Source: an uncultured Opitutales bacterium (GTDB taxonomy: Bacteria; Verrucomicrobiota; Verrucomicrobiia; Opitutales; UBA2987). From it: 64,000 bases of DNA. Positions 26,954 through 37,076 of the stretch are shown one piece after another. Position 1 is the stretch's first letter, and every line of letters begins with the position of its first letter. Under the pieces are notes generated by a model. That model ran no database searches and had not been told where the DNA came from. It was given only the letters and a program-made list of their open reading frames with translations. The position numbers were made by a program, and so were the translations under genes. The stretch lies in NCBI GenBank assembly GCA_964542645.1, contig CAZIUG010000003.1, forward strand, positions 130,501 to 194,500, given 5' to 3'.

Positions 26954-28147
26954 ATGGCAGTAGAGAAATTTACAATTTCGAGAGACGATTCAGTGTACGA
27001 ATGTTTCCCACATTTGTGTCGCACGGAATCGGGGCGTATACTCCTGACCTACAGAGAGAGTAATGGGCATGTTGCAAGTGACTTCTCTCGACTTATTGTT
27101 CGCTACAGCGATGATGCAGGTAAATCCTGGTCGGACCGAAATGTGATCACTGAGACGCATATTTCGTCCGGACCTGTGTGTGTATGTAACTGTCCAAAGA
27201 TCCAGCAACTTAAGGACGGCCGGATTTTGCTTATTTGCGACCGGTACGACTATCCACCGGGCGAGTGGTATGTTGAAACTCAGGCTCGTTTAACATTCTG
27301 GTTTAGTGATGATGAAGGAGGGAGTTTTTCTGAACCGGAAGATACTGTTGTGCGTGGAATTTGTCCGGATGAAGTATCCGAACTTCCGGATGGGCAATGG
27401 TTGGTTCTCACCGCTGTTCGCGATTCCCAGGATCACATTCTTCAGATGCTTACGATCAGTCGCGATAAAGGGCAGACGTGGGAAGAGCCTTACCCTTTGA
27501 TTCGCAATTTGGACTATGAGCTCGACGAAGGAAGCATTGTTCAGATGCCAGGCGGCGAATTGGTTTCTTATCTTCGGGATGATTCGGGAAGGCCGCTTCA
27601 AAAGATGATCTCAAAGGATTGCGGGATCACCTGGGAGGGGCCTTTTGATACCCTTAATCCTGCTGCTATCGGTATGCCGATAGCTCGTTTAACTCAGGAC
27701 AATCTGGTTTTGGTGAGCGGTCGCTTCGGTGTGCCTGGGAGGTGGCGAGTCGATATGAGCGAAGAGACTTGGGAAAAACGAATAGCTAAACGGGGTATAG
27801 TCATCCCCAAGGTAACGGACAATTTGAACAATATGCGCTTTGTTAATTCAGTGGAGCGGACACCTTACATGAAGGAGACGAAAAACGAGCTTGTGCTTGG
27901 AATGGGTGGTTCATCAATCCACACTTTTGCGTTTCTAGAGCCAGCCGAGAGTGCCCTCAACCCGAATCTTGGGGATCAGAAAGGTCTGTTGTTACCACTG
28001 GATCTTGACTCTAGTCCCTTTGCGGATAGCGGGTATACCGGTTGGGTCGAATACGAGAGGGGAAAGTTCTTGGTTGTTAATTACATCAATGACGATGCGC
28101 CTCTTGCTCAGATACGTGGGTATCGGTTTGGGTTAGAGGACTTTTAA
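26954..28147 (+). CDS. BNR/Asp-box beta-propeller protein (sialidase-like, no RIP motif)
   Basis: Asp-boxes SDDAGKSW, SDDEGGSF, SRDKGQTW and SKDCGITW. I prefer ATG 26954, directly after AAGGAG, over TTG 26936. No signal peptide. Confidence 0.7.
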   Translation: MAVEKFTISRDDSVYECFPHLCRTESGRILLTYRESNGHVASDFSRLIVRYSDDAGKSWSDRNVITETHISSGPVCVCNCPKIQQLKDGRILLICDRYDYPPGEWYVETQARLTFWFSDDEGGSFSEPEDTVVRGICPDEVSELPDGQWLVLTAVRDSQDHILQMLTISRDKGQTWEEPYPLIRNLDYELDEGSIVQMPGGELVSYLRDDSGRPLQKMISKDCGITWEGPFDTLNPAAIGMPIARLTQDNLVLVSGRFGVPGRWRVDMSEETWEKRIAKRGIVIPKVTDNLNNMRFVNSVERTPYMKETKNELVLGMGGSSIHTFAFLEPAESALNPNLGDQKGLLLPLDLDSSPFADSGYTGWVEYERGKFLVVNYINDDAPLAQIRGYRFGLEDF

Positions 28148-28194
28148 CTGCCAAACATCACGATGCATTGGGATAATCGGCAGGGACTTCTAAT

Positions 28195-28959
28195 TTAAAC
28201 GCAGCCCTCGAATTCGGTCCCGATGAGAAGGGGGTAGTGAGGTTTTTCGTTGGGTTCGCCAATCCAACGGGATTGTGAACTCATAAAATGTGTTGCATAC
28301 CCACGTCGAAAATCGGGTGTGTTGTTAGGACCAGAGCGGTGGAGGATGAGACTATGATGGAATGAACAGTCGCCTGCTTTCAAGGTGATAGGTGTTTCCT
28401 TGGAACGGTCGATAGCGCTGTCGGGAATTTGCATATCCGTGCGGTCGCCCACCTGCCAGGGTTCGCTATGGTCGAGTGCGCCTTCGAGGTGGCTTCCAGG
28501 GACAACGTAGAGGCAACCGTTTTCCAAAGTGACATCATCCAACGCCGCCCAAGCCGTAACTAAATTCATGGGGTCTATTTTGAAGTAGGGCGAATCTTGA
28601 TGATAGGTCTTTTCGACACCTCCAGGGGGTTTAATAAAAAACTGGTCACCGAATAACTTGAGGTTGTTCCCGAGGAGAGACTCGATAACTTCAAGGATAC
28701 CGCGATGCCGGGTATGGGCCTCGAGAACTGGATCGAACTTGGCTCCTTCATTGATCTTACGGACGTACTTGAGGTTCAAAGCATCTTCTGGCGCTCCGGG
28801 TTCACGCTCGATTTGTTCAGAGGGGAAGTCGACACTTCCAGAAGCGATGTCCTTTATTCTTTGACGTAGATCGCCCAGTTCATTGGGGGAGAGAAGCTGT
28901 TTAACTACTAGGTAGCCGTCTCGTTGGAAACGGTGAATCTGTTGTTCAGTTAATTTCAT
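28195..28959 (-). CDS. PhyH-family Fe(II)/2-oxoglutarate dioxygenase (canonical triad)
   Basis: 254 aa with FQRDGYLVV, YHQDSPYF, LYVVPGSH, LILHRSGPN and RRGY. Confidence 0.85.
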   Translation of the reverse strand: MKLTEQQIHRFQRDGYLVVKQLLSPNELGDLRQRIKDIASGSVDFPSEQIEREPGAPEDALNLKYVRKINEGAKFDPVLEAHTRHRGILEVIESLLGNNLKLFGDQFFIKPPGGVEKTYHQDSPYFKIDPMNLVTAWAALDDVTLENGCLYVVPGSHLEGALDHSEPWQVGDRTDMQIPDSAIDRSKETPITLKAGDCSFHHSLILHRSGPNNTPDFRRGYATHFMSSQSRWIGEPNEKPHYPLLIGTEFEGCV

Positions 28960-29294
28960 CGTTGTTGCGAGATTTTAGGAGCTTTTATTTACTCCCAACT
29001 CGTGATAGGGCGTTTTTAGGGATCGAAATGCAACCACAAAAGAATATAATCGAAAACGAATAGAGGAAGCACCGAGTTCTAACTCAGAAAAGCCACAGAT
29101 TGTCTAGACCAGGGAAGTTGTAATAAATCGCGCACGAAACGTTAGCATTCGGGACTTTGAGGATAGGCTAAGCACAGTTAGAAGACCAATTACCTGGAGG
29201 ACTGCCGTGTTCAGATTAGAATCGGGGAAATTTTCAGTCTCTTTTGGCTATGACTCGGAAGCTTCCGAACCTTCCGAATACGATAGTGCTTTAA

Positions 29295-30299
29295 CTATAG
29301 ATATACCTTTCGGCCTAACCGAGCAGATTCGAAGGCGGATTCGACAATTTTGAGGGTGCCGATGGCGGAATCGGCTGTGAAGGAGGGGACTTGTTCCCCT
29401 CGAATGAATTTTTGGATCGATGCAATCGTCGGCTGGAAAGGAGGAACACCCGAGTTGATTTCTTCGGACCGAATCTTGGTGTTGACTTGTTTCCTCGTCA
29501 CCACATCAAAGGTGCTCGTTTCCCGTGGGTGGAAGGGAGAAGGGATATCAAGATAGCCGTTTGAGCATTCAACTCGGGCATGTTGGCTGCCGCCGCTGTC
29601 AAAGGCACTGTACAGTGTTGCAGTCACCTCATTAGGATACTCAAGGATGAGGACGGTTCGCAAATCTACTCCTGATTCTTCATCAATATTCATGATGGCA
29701 TGGACGCTTATAGGATCGGCACCTGCGATGAAGCGGGAGAAGGTGATGGGATAAACACCTCCGTCGTAAATACTGCCACCTCCTAATTCTTTGATCATCC
29801 GGATATCAGTCTTATCCTGTAAGTTGAATGTCATCCCTGAACTAATGTGGCGCAGAGGTCCGAGTTCTTCCGAATTCAGGATTTCACGGATGCGATAACT
29901 TTGAGGATGATGAAGGAAGACGAAGGCCTCGAATAGGAGTACCCCTGACAATTTACAGGCCTCCACCATTTTCTGGCCCTCGATTGAGGTGATCGCTAAC
30001 GGCTTCTCACAGAAAACGTGCTTTCCCGCTTTCGCAGCACGGATGGTCCACTCAGGGTGTAGATTATTAGGCAACGGATTATAGATTGCATGGATGTCTT
30101 CGCGATCGAGGAGTGCCTGGTAGCTTCCCAATGCCACGGGAATGTTGTACTTGCGAGCAAAGGTCTCAGCTCGTCGTTGATCACGGCTCGCTACTGCGAG
30201 AACTTTAGCATGTGGGGTCAATTGGGCCGAGGGAATGAATGAGCGGGGACCGATTCTCGCGGTACTAAGTATACCCCAATTGACGAGTTGATTGGACAT
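29295..30299 (-). CDS. Gfo/Idh/MocA-family NAD(P)-dependent oxidoreductase
   Basis: 334 aa. N-terminal Rossmann NWGILSTARIGPR, the signature HVFCEKPLA (EKP motif), and a C-terminal alpha/beta domain. Confidence 0.85.
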   Translation of the reverse strand: MSNQLVNWGILSTARIGPRSFIPSAQLTPHAKVLAVASRDQRRAETFARKYNIPVALGSYQALLDREDIHAIYNPLPNNLHPEWTIRAAKAGKHVFCEKPLAITSIEGQKMVEACKLSGVLLFEAFVFLHHPQSYRIREILNSEELGPLRHISSGMTFNLQDKTDIRMIKELGGGSIYDGGVYPITFSRFIAGADPISVHAIMNIDEESGVDLRTVLILEYPNEVTATLYSAFDSGGSQHARVECSNGYLDIPSPFHPRETSTFDVVTRKQVNTKIRSEEINSGVPPFQPTIASIQKFIRGEQVPSFTADSAIGTLKIVESAFESARLGRKVYL

Positions 30300-30412
30300 A
30301 ATCAGTTGAGCCTACAAGGAGTGAGAGTTAAAAGTGAACTATAATTAATTATCTGCAGCTATAAGATTTGGAGTCATAGAGCGGATTCCGAATCTGGTTT
30401 GTAAAGACTGGA

Positions 30413-31255
30413 TCAATGGGAAGAACGACAGCATCCGAGAGCGATACGATGCATAATGCGTTTGAACCCATGGTAGTCGTTTACCGGATTGTGTTGGGCA
30501 CAGCGATTATCCCAGAGCGCAAGTGTGCCTTTCCCCCATCGCAAACGAGAAGTGAATTCTGGCTTGATCTGATGTTGGAAAAGGTATTCGAGCAAAGGGA
30601 GACTCTCCTGTTCCGTCCAGCCTTTGAAATGAGTTGTATGGGCGCAGTTAAGGTAGAGTGCTTTACGTCCAGTTTCCGGATGGGTGCAGACCACTGGATG
30701 GGCAGCGCTAATTGACCTTGTTTCTTGGCCCGTTTGACGTAGGCGTTCTATTCGAGTATTAGCCATATCAGGCTTCGTTGAGGAGTTGACACCGATCAGG
30801 CCTTCAAGTGTTGCCTTCATGCCCTCCGAAAGAGTTTCGTAGGCCATGTACTGATTAGCGAACAGAGTATCGCCTCCGTAAGGTGGGACTTCGAGTGCGT
30901 AGAGCATGCTTGCAATGGGTGGGTTCTCTAGGTACGCAGTGTCTGAGTGCCAGACCCCACCAAAATTCACTTTTTCGTCCTCTAGCTTAACTACTTCTGT
31001 GATAAGCGGAAAATCAGGTAGTCCTTTAAGTTGGGGATATTCGATGGGCTCACCGAACATTTGAGCGAATTTGAGCTCTTGTTGCGGGGCGATGTCTTGG
31101 TCGCGAAAGAAGATAACTAGATGGTCCAAGAAAGCTTGGCGTATCTCTGATTCGACTTCCGCTCCTAAGGGTTTTGAGAGATCCACACCTGATAGCTTAG
31201 CACCAAGAGCACCTGCTATCGGGTGAACGGTGATGTGTCGAAAGTTACGCTGCAC
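30413..31255 (-). CDS. TauD/TfdA/AtsK-family Fe(II)/2-oxoglutarate dioxygenase (organosulfonate or sulfate-ester dioxygenase type)
   Basis: 280 aa. It aligns by eye along its length with E. coli TauD: ITVHPIAGALGAKLSGVDLSKPL, FFRDQDIAPQQ, VWHSDTAY (HxD), GGDTLFAN, and a distal His in MHRI. GTG start. Confidence 0.88.
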   Translation of the reverse strand: MQRNFRHITVHPIAGALGAKLSGVDLSKPLGAEVESEIRQAFLDHLVIFFRDQDIAPQQELKFAQMFGEPIEYPQLKGLPDFPLITEVVKLEDEKVNFGGVWHSDTAYLENPPIASMLYALEVPPYGGDTLFANQYMAYETLSEGMKATLEGLIGVNSSTKPDMANTRIERLRQTGQETRSISAAHPVVCTHPETGRKALYLNCAHTTHFKGWTEQESLPLLEYLFQHQIKPEFTSRLRWGKGTLALWDNRCAQHNPVNDYHGFKRIMHRIALGCCRSSH

Positions 31256-31674
31256 GAGGTGTTCTATAGTTTAAGAGTTAGCCGGCAATTGAGGAGCTAA
31301 GAGTTGTGTCTGGATGGAACTTATATGGAAAACAGGCAGCTCTAGGCTCGTCTAGTACTTGTGGAAGTACATCAGGGTCTAAATTGCGAGGCTCAAAAGC
31401 AAGCTAATGAACTAGATGCAAAGTTGCGATTGTAAGACCTCGGAGAAGGTTTCAGAAATGCTCTCACTCCTCTTTTATCAATAATCGAATATCAACAATA
31501 GCCTGGTCGGCCGTTGCAGCGAGTTTATCGTAAGACAGTCCTGTATCTTTTATGAGATCCTATTTGGCTTTTGTTATGGATCTTCCTAAGTTATTAACTC
31601 AGCATGCTGTTAGTGATGTACATATGCGGCAGTTCCGCATCGCATGGGCGCAAAAGGCTATTGAGGATATAACG

Positions 31675-32775
31675 ATGGGTAACGAACACGAAGACAAAGC
31701 TTCGAGTATTCGGGTAAGTGGATTGACGGCAATTCCAGTGGGAAGGAAGGGATACGTAAAGGTTGAAACCAACGCTGGAGTTGTCGGGTGGGGTGAAATT
31801 AATAATATGGATACGAAGGTTGCGTGCGCTTTGGCAGTTTCCCTTTCCCAGATAATTATTGGGGAAAATCCGACCCGGACAGAGCATCTATGGCAGCGGA
31901 TGTTCCGGGCTCACCGCAATCTCCGAAACGGCGGTCTTATGATGCACACTATTTCTGCGATTGACATGGCGCTTTGGGATATCTGCGGTAAGCTACACGG
32001 AGTTCCGGTCTATCGACTATTAGGTGGACCGTGTCGGGATAAGATTTGGATGTATCCAGGACCGAATGCGATTAAAACATCGCCTGGCGGACCGCAGAAT
32101 TTCGCTGGAACGCCGGTGGAGATAAAGGGACTCTTACAGAAAATAAAGGAGGCACGTGAGAAGGTTGGTCCCGATGGAGCAGTTATGTTTGATGCCCATA
32201 GCTGTATGCCACCTCCCATCGTCAAACAATTTGCAGGTTTCTTAAAGCCCGATGACCTATTGTTCCTCGAAGAGGCTTGGGTGCCAGGAAATATCGAGGT
32301 TATGCGGAAGGTGAGAGAGTCTGTCCCAGTTCCCTTGGCAACTGGTGAACGCGATCGAACTATATGGGAAGTCCGCGAAATATTAGAGGCCCAAGTCATA
32401 GATATCCTTCAGCCGGATTGCGGCCATGGTGGAGGAATCTCGCAAATGCGGAAGGTTGCTGCTCTGGCTGAGGCTCACTACGTACCCATTGCGCCGCATT
32501 GCACCATGTCGAATTTGGGTAGAACAGCTAGTCTTCACGTTGCTGCTTCCGTGCCCATGTTTCTTATTCATGAGGGGTACGACAACGTTCTTCCGGAGGA
32601 TGTCGCTATTAAATCATGGGTGATGGACGACGATGGGCATGTCTCTCTGCCAGAAGGTCCGGGACTGGGCGTTGAAGTGAACGAAGCCCGGGCTATAGAA
32701 GTCGGCCAGACTACTGAGCAGAAATTCGAATGGCCCAACGCAAGATTACGGGACGGGGCTGTCTCGGATTATTGA
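31675..32775 (+). CDS. Enolase-superfamily acid-sugar dehydratase-like (mannonate/galactonate dehydratase-like subgroup)
   Basis: Motifs VKVETNAGVVGWGEI, AISAIDMALWDICGKLHGVPVYRLLGG, FDAHS, LEEA and ATGERD. I prefer ATG 31675, after GAGGAT, over the extended track start at 31552. Confidence 0.8.
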   Translation: MGNEHEDKASSIRVSGLTAIPVGRKGYVKVETNAGVVGWGEINNMDTKVACALAVSLSQIIIGENPTRTEHLWQRMFRAHRNLRNGGLMMHTISAIDMALWDICGKLHGVPVYRLLGGPCRDKIWMYPGPNAIKTSPGGPQNFAGTPVEIKGLLQKIKEAREKVGPDGAVMFDAHSCMPPPIVKQFAGFLKPDDLLFLEEAWVPGNIEVMRKVRESVPVPLATGERDRTIWEVREILEAQVIDILQPDCGHGGGISQMRKVAALAEAHYVPIAPHCTMSNLGRTASLHVAASVPMFLIHEGYDNVLPEDVAIKSWVMDDDGHVSLPEGPGLGVEVNEARAIEVGQTTEQKFEWPNARLRDGAVSDY

Positions 32776-32978
32776 TGAATCTAGGATATCAGGTGTGTAG
32801 GTATCTTACTTCGATGTAGTTTTTTAGCTATATTTCATACGCTTTCATTCAATCCGAATACTTACAACTTCCCGCACCCACTTAATTTTGGTGATCTTCA
32901 GAACAGAAAGAAAAGAGAAGGATTCCTGCTTTGTTGCGGGAACACCGGCCAAGAGGAGTTGATAGACGATTTTACGGA

Positions 32979-33965
32979 CTATTGGCTAGAATTAGGTAAG
33001 GCTACATCACCTTTGGCTGTTACAGTACTTGCATGTTCGATGGGAGGAAATCCGTGTTGATCGCGATGATACTGCGAATCGAAATGTTGCGTGCTCTTAA
33101 ACCATTCGTGACGACCGTCAACGGATTCTTCGTAAACGTGATCCAGTAGCTCCTGTTTCTCTTCATTTCCCATGGGCTTGAAGTTTCTGGCTATGTTCAA
33201 GTCTTGTTCTAGATTCTCGAGGGACTCGATCCCACAGACTAGGGTACTGATCGATAACGTCAGAGAGAAACGTCGACACTGTTCGGCAGTCAACCCGAGT
33301 TCAGTAATGGGTTGTCCGCGTCCCGCGAGACACTTCATCCCGATGGCGCCAATATTCCGGCGGTTGAGTTCAGGAAGGATCTCTTTCTGAAAACTTCGAT
33401 AGTGTGCATCCATAAGGTTGATTGGCAGTTGGCAGGTATCCCAGTCAAAGTCACGATCTAGCATTTTTTTAAGAATGTGCGGACTTTTGTGGCCTGTGAA
33501 TCCAATAAATCGTACCTTCCCGGCTTCACGCGCTGCCAGCGCGGTTTCCATGGCGCCGCCTTCGCGAAAAATTAGCTCGGGATCATTGTCATAATTAATC
33601 TCGTGGAATTGCCAAACGTCGATGACATCGGTTTGAAGGCGGCGCAAACTGTCATGTAGCTGCACTTCCGCCTTCTCGCTATCGCGGGCACAGACTTTTG
33701 TCATTAGGGTGACTTGGTCACGATTGCCTTTTAAGGCCAGTCCCATCCTGCGTTCCGATTCACCTTCACCATATTCCCAAGCAGTGTCCATGAAGGTGAG
33801 TCCAGCATCGATCCCCATTTTCACCATTCGTACCGACAACTTTTCGTCAATGTGGGGACGGACAAAATGACCACCACCGAAGCCGATGATTGAAACTTCT
33901 AATCCAGTTCGTCCTAGAGTACGGACTGGGAGACCTGCGGAATTGTATCTTAGAGTCTCAATCAT
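32979..33965 (-). CDS. Aldo/keto reductase
   Basis: 328 aa with RTLGRTGLEVSIIGFGG, DTAWEYGEGESE (catalytic Asp/Tyr region), and conserved Lys and His regions. Confidence 0.85.
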   Translation of the reverse strand: MIETLRYNSAGLPVRTLGRTGLEVSIIGFGGGHFVRPHIDEKLSVRMVKMGIDAGLTFMDTAWEYGEGESERRMGLALKGNRDQVTLMTKVCARDSEKAEVQLHDSLRRLQTDVIDVWQFHEINYDNDPELIFREGGAMETALAAREAGKVRFIGFTGHKSPHILKKMLDRDFDWDTCQLPINLMDAHYRSFQKEILPELNRRNIGAIGMKCLAGRGQPITELGLTAEQCRRFSLTLSISTLVCGIESLENLEQDLNIARNFKPMGNEEKQELLDHVYEESVDGRHEWFKSTQHFDSQYHRDQHGFPPIEHASTVTAKGDVALPNSSQ

Positions 33966-34081
33966 TACCTGTCATCTGTTCGGAAGTTCGTTAAACTGGA
34001 AAATATTGGACGTGAGATCAGCCACGTTTCGTAAATGTGTTTAGAGGACAATTCTCCTCCCTTAAAATGCTAAAAGATTTC

Positions 34082-34840
34082 CTATGGTAACGGTTCAAAC
34101 TCCTCAGATAGATCACGCTGCATTGTCGGTCGGATGATCAATTCAGGTATGTTCGTCCTTATAGGAAGATTAGCAATGTGGCAAATGGTGGCAGACGTTT
34201 CCTCAACGTCCACCATTTGCTGACGAGCTTCGGATGATGGAGGGATTGGACGTTTGTCAAGAATTGGAGTTGTGACTTCGCCAGGGATAATAACGCTGGC
34301 CCGAATTCCTGTATTTGGGAGGTCGGCGTTAATAAAGTGAGTAAAGTTAATAATTGCAGCCTTAGCGGCGCTATAGGCCGCGCCGCTTAATGGACCGGGC
34401 GTCAAAGCGGCGATGGAAGAAACATTGATAATTGTGCCTTCTCTCGCCTCTAGCATCGCGGGTACCACAGCTTGAGTACAGAAGATTGTTCCAACTAGGT
34501 TGGAATTAATAACCCCATGTATCTCCTCCGGAGTACTGGTCAACAACCTACGGTGGGGAGAGCTGTGCCCAGCATTGTTCACCAAAATATCTATTCGGCC
34601 AAATATATTGAGAGTCTCTTTGGCCATTTTATGAGTAGCAATATGATCAGCTACATCCAGAACAAAGGCTTTGGCGATGCCTCCGTCAGCTTCGATTTGA
34701 TCTTTGACAGCTTCGATTTTTTCAGCCGTTCGGCCAATCAATACGACCTTAGCACCCTGTTGTGCCATTTTTGTCGCTGCTCCGCGGCCAATACCACTTC
34801 CGCTTCCAGTGATGATACATACTTTGTTTTTTAAACTCAT
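34082..34840 (-). CDS. Short-chain dehydrogenase/reductase (classical SDR)
   Basis: 252 aa with CIITGSGSGIGRG, NNAG and YSAAKAA. Confidence 0.9.
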   Translation of the reverse strand: MSLKNKVCIITGSGSGIGRGAATKMAQQGAKVVLIGRTAEKIEAVKDQIEADGGIAKAFVLDVADHIATHKMAKETLNIFGRIDILVNNAGHSSPHRRLLTSTPEEIHGVINSNLVGTIFCTQAVVPAMLEAREGTIINVSSIAALTPGPLSGAAYSAAKAAIINFTHFINADLPNTGIRASVIIPGEVTTPILDKRPIPPSSEARQQMVDVEETSATICHIANLPIRTNIPELIIRPTMQRDLSEEFEPLP

Positions 34841-35130
34841 CAGGCAATTATCTCTTGCGTAAAATTTGTTGGGTAATCCCGTGTTCTGCTCTATTTTTTG
34901 GATTCACATAAAACTGACGCGCGGTAGATTAGAACATGGTGATAGGCAGTGATCAAGAAGACATTCTGCACCCGTACCGCCAAGTTAAACTTATACAGTG
35001 TGACCTATGTCTCTTCCGTACCGTTCATGGCGAAAGATCAAATTAGAAAATATCGAAAAGCAATACGAGTAAGCACATGCGCACTATGAAAAATTGCTCA
35101 CCAATAGACATGAGAACTCATGTGGATACT

Positions 35131-35871
35131 CTAGTTACAAGCAGCACTTCTCTGCCGTCTGATATGGCAGGCGACTGATGCCACGGGAGCGCACCAGAGA
35201 TCATCCTGCCGTCTTGCTATGTATTCACAGAGTAACTGGAAATCATATTTACTAGTGGTTAGACGGTCACCGTTGATGTCGTGAAAGACCAGGACGACCC
35301 ACTGCTTTTGTCCCACTGCTAACTCTTCGACCATTCCGATCATCTCGAACGCACTCATTCGTTCACAGGGACAACCTCCAATACAGGCGATATCAACTTT
35401 TTCAGGAACATTGGCAAAGCCATATTCCTGAATGCCTCGCCCAGCTATAAACTGTTTTTCAATGAGCGGAATGTAACTCTTTCGGCTTAGGCCGAGACCA
35501 ATGTCGGTGTGATAGCAGGGATAACAGAACGTCCATTTCTCCTGGGTTGGGGCAATTTCTTTGAGACGTGATTGTGCCTTACTGATGTCACTCTCTAGGC
35601 TTTCAAGAGTCATATCGCTGTAATAGACTCCTTCTACTGAATTGTGATTTGGGGGTCTCGGATGCGAGGCCGAATGATTACCAATCTCGTGGCCGCGTCT
35701 AGCAACCTCCCGCCAAGGAGACAATTTCTTGCGCCAATCAACACCATTCGGAATCAGATAGAAAGTTCCCTTTAGATCCAACCGATTCATGATCGGGAGA
35801 GCGTGTTCAAGTTGCGTTGATCTACCGTCATCAAAAGTAAGTGAGATTGCACCTTGGTGAGGAGAGAACAC
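35131..35871 (-). CDS. Polysaccharide deacetylase (CE4 / NodB-homology domain)
   Basis: 246 aa with LTFDDG (motif 1) and HSASHP (motif 2, His-His metal ligands). No signal peptide. Confidence 0.75.
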   Translation of the reverse strand: MFSPHQGAISLTFDDGRSTQLEHALPIMNRLDLKGTFYLIPNGVDWRKKLSPWREVARRGHEIGNHSASHPRPPNHNSVEGVYYSDMTLESLESDISKAQSRLKEIAPTQEKWTFCYPCYHTDIGLGLSRKSYIPLIEKQFIAGRGIQEYGFANVPEKVDIACIGGCPCERMSAFEMIGMVEELAVGQKQWVVLVFHDINGDRLTTSKYDFQLLCEYIARRQDDLWCAPVASVACHIRRQRSAACN

Positions 35872-35978
35872 TAAAAGTCCTTATTTCGATAATTCGGGAA
35901 CTATGACTGACTGTTCCTTAGTTTTCTACGTCTCGGTTCGGAAAAACACTAAAGAGTTTTGATTCGATCGATGTCTGA

Positions 35979-35987
35979 TTCTCAGAA
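35979..35987. promoter_or_regulatory. TTCTCAGAA core (possible operator half-match) upstream of the CE4 deacetylase gene
   Basis: A perfect TTCT-n-AGAA palindrome in the 125-nt gap between 35997-36944 and 35131-35871. It is short, so it could occur by chance. Confidence 0.2.
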
Positions 35988-35996
35988 ATTAGCTGC

Positions 35997-36944
35997 CTAA
36001 TCAGATTTCCCGCTCATTTCCTCATGCTGTCCACGAACCATCTCGAGCTGATCCCTATCCCAGGTCTCGTTTTGTTGTAGGGCATAGAGAGATGTATAGC
36101 CTCCTGACCAGTCGGGCGGAATTAAACAGGGGCGGGAGTCATGGTGGGCCCATTTAGCAGGAGAACCGCGGACTATTGAGCCAGCATATTTGGAGGGTAA
36201 AGGATTATAAGTGTAGGGAATCGCATCGGCACTGGAGTAAGCATTGAGTAAAAGCGGGCGCCCTAGGTCTGAAAGATTCTGAGCCGAGCCATGAACTACT
36301 CTGCAGTTATGGATTGTAACGGATCCTGCAGGTCCGGGTAGGTATGTTGCTTTCGACACATCGGCACTGGCCAGGTCCTCATCGTTCAAGTTACCAACCC
36401 ATTGACCGTCGTCGTTGAACTGATCGTACAATGGCCCTTTATGTGATCCAGGTATTGCGCCCAAAGGGCCTTGGTTAGGACTACAGTCATAGAGTAGGGT
36501 ACCCATCGTCAGCGGAGAATAATTGGTATGTGGCCAGTAACTGATATCCTGGTGCCATTTTACCTCTTCACCGCCCTTAGCCCACTTGAAATTCAGCTTG
36601 GAATGATGGAACTTTACATTGGGCCCTACCAGGTCAGCTGCTATATCGGCCAGAAGGGATTCTGAGGCGAATTCCCAATAGGCCGGATGATGCTCTACCG
36701 GACTGGACAATCGACGAAGTCTTGGTTCTTCCGGAGTATGGCTCGGCTCGAGGTCAAAGATAGCATCTGACTTAGTCAATGCACGACTGCGTTCGACAAT
36801 CTCATCCGTTACTTTAATCAATCGTCGAATCCAATGATCCGGGATTATACTTTCTACTAATAGATAACCGTTCTCAAAGTAACTTTCGCGTTGTGCTTTA
36901 GAGAGTACCCTTGGCGGCTGGTGGAGAATTTTTTCAGGTTCCAT
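35997..36944 (-). CDS. PhyH-family Fe(II)/2-oxoglutarate dioxygenase (canonical triad)
   Basis: 315 aa with YFENGYLLV, KWHQDISYW, AIPGSHKG and VVHGSAQN. Confidence 0.85.
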   Translation of the reverse strand: MEPEKILHQPPRVLSKAQRESYFENGYLLVESIIPDHWIRRLIKVTDEIVERSRALTKSDAIFDLEPSHTPEEPRLRRLSSPVEHHPAYWEFASESLLADIAADLVGPNVKFHHSKLNFKWAKGGEEVKWHQDISYWPHTNYSPLTMGTLLYDCSPNQGPLGAIPGSHKGPLYDQFNDDGQWVGNLNDEDLASADVSKATYLPGPAGSVTIHNCRVVHGSAQNLSDLGRPLLLNAYSSADAIPYTYNPLPSKYAGSIVRGSPAKWAHHDSRPCLIPPDWSGGYTSLYALQQNETWDRDQLEMVRGQHEEMSGKSD

Positions 36945-37076
36945 ATGGGATTATCCATTTGCTAATTATTTCCACCTTTTGTATCAACAATAAACCTCTC
37001 TTCTAGAAAGATTTGTCCCAACGAGAATAAACCTGGAACTGCCTATTTGGCAAAAGAGTGCTTTGCTATGATTGGG

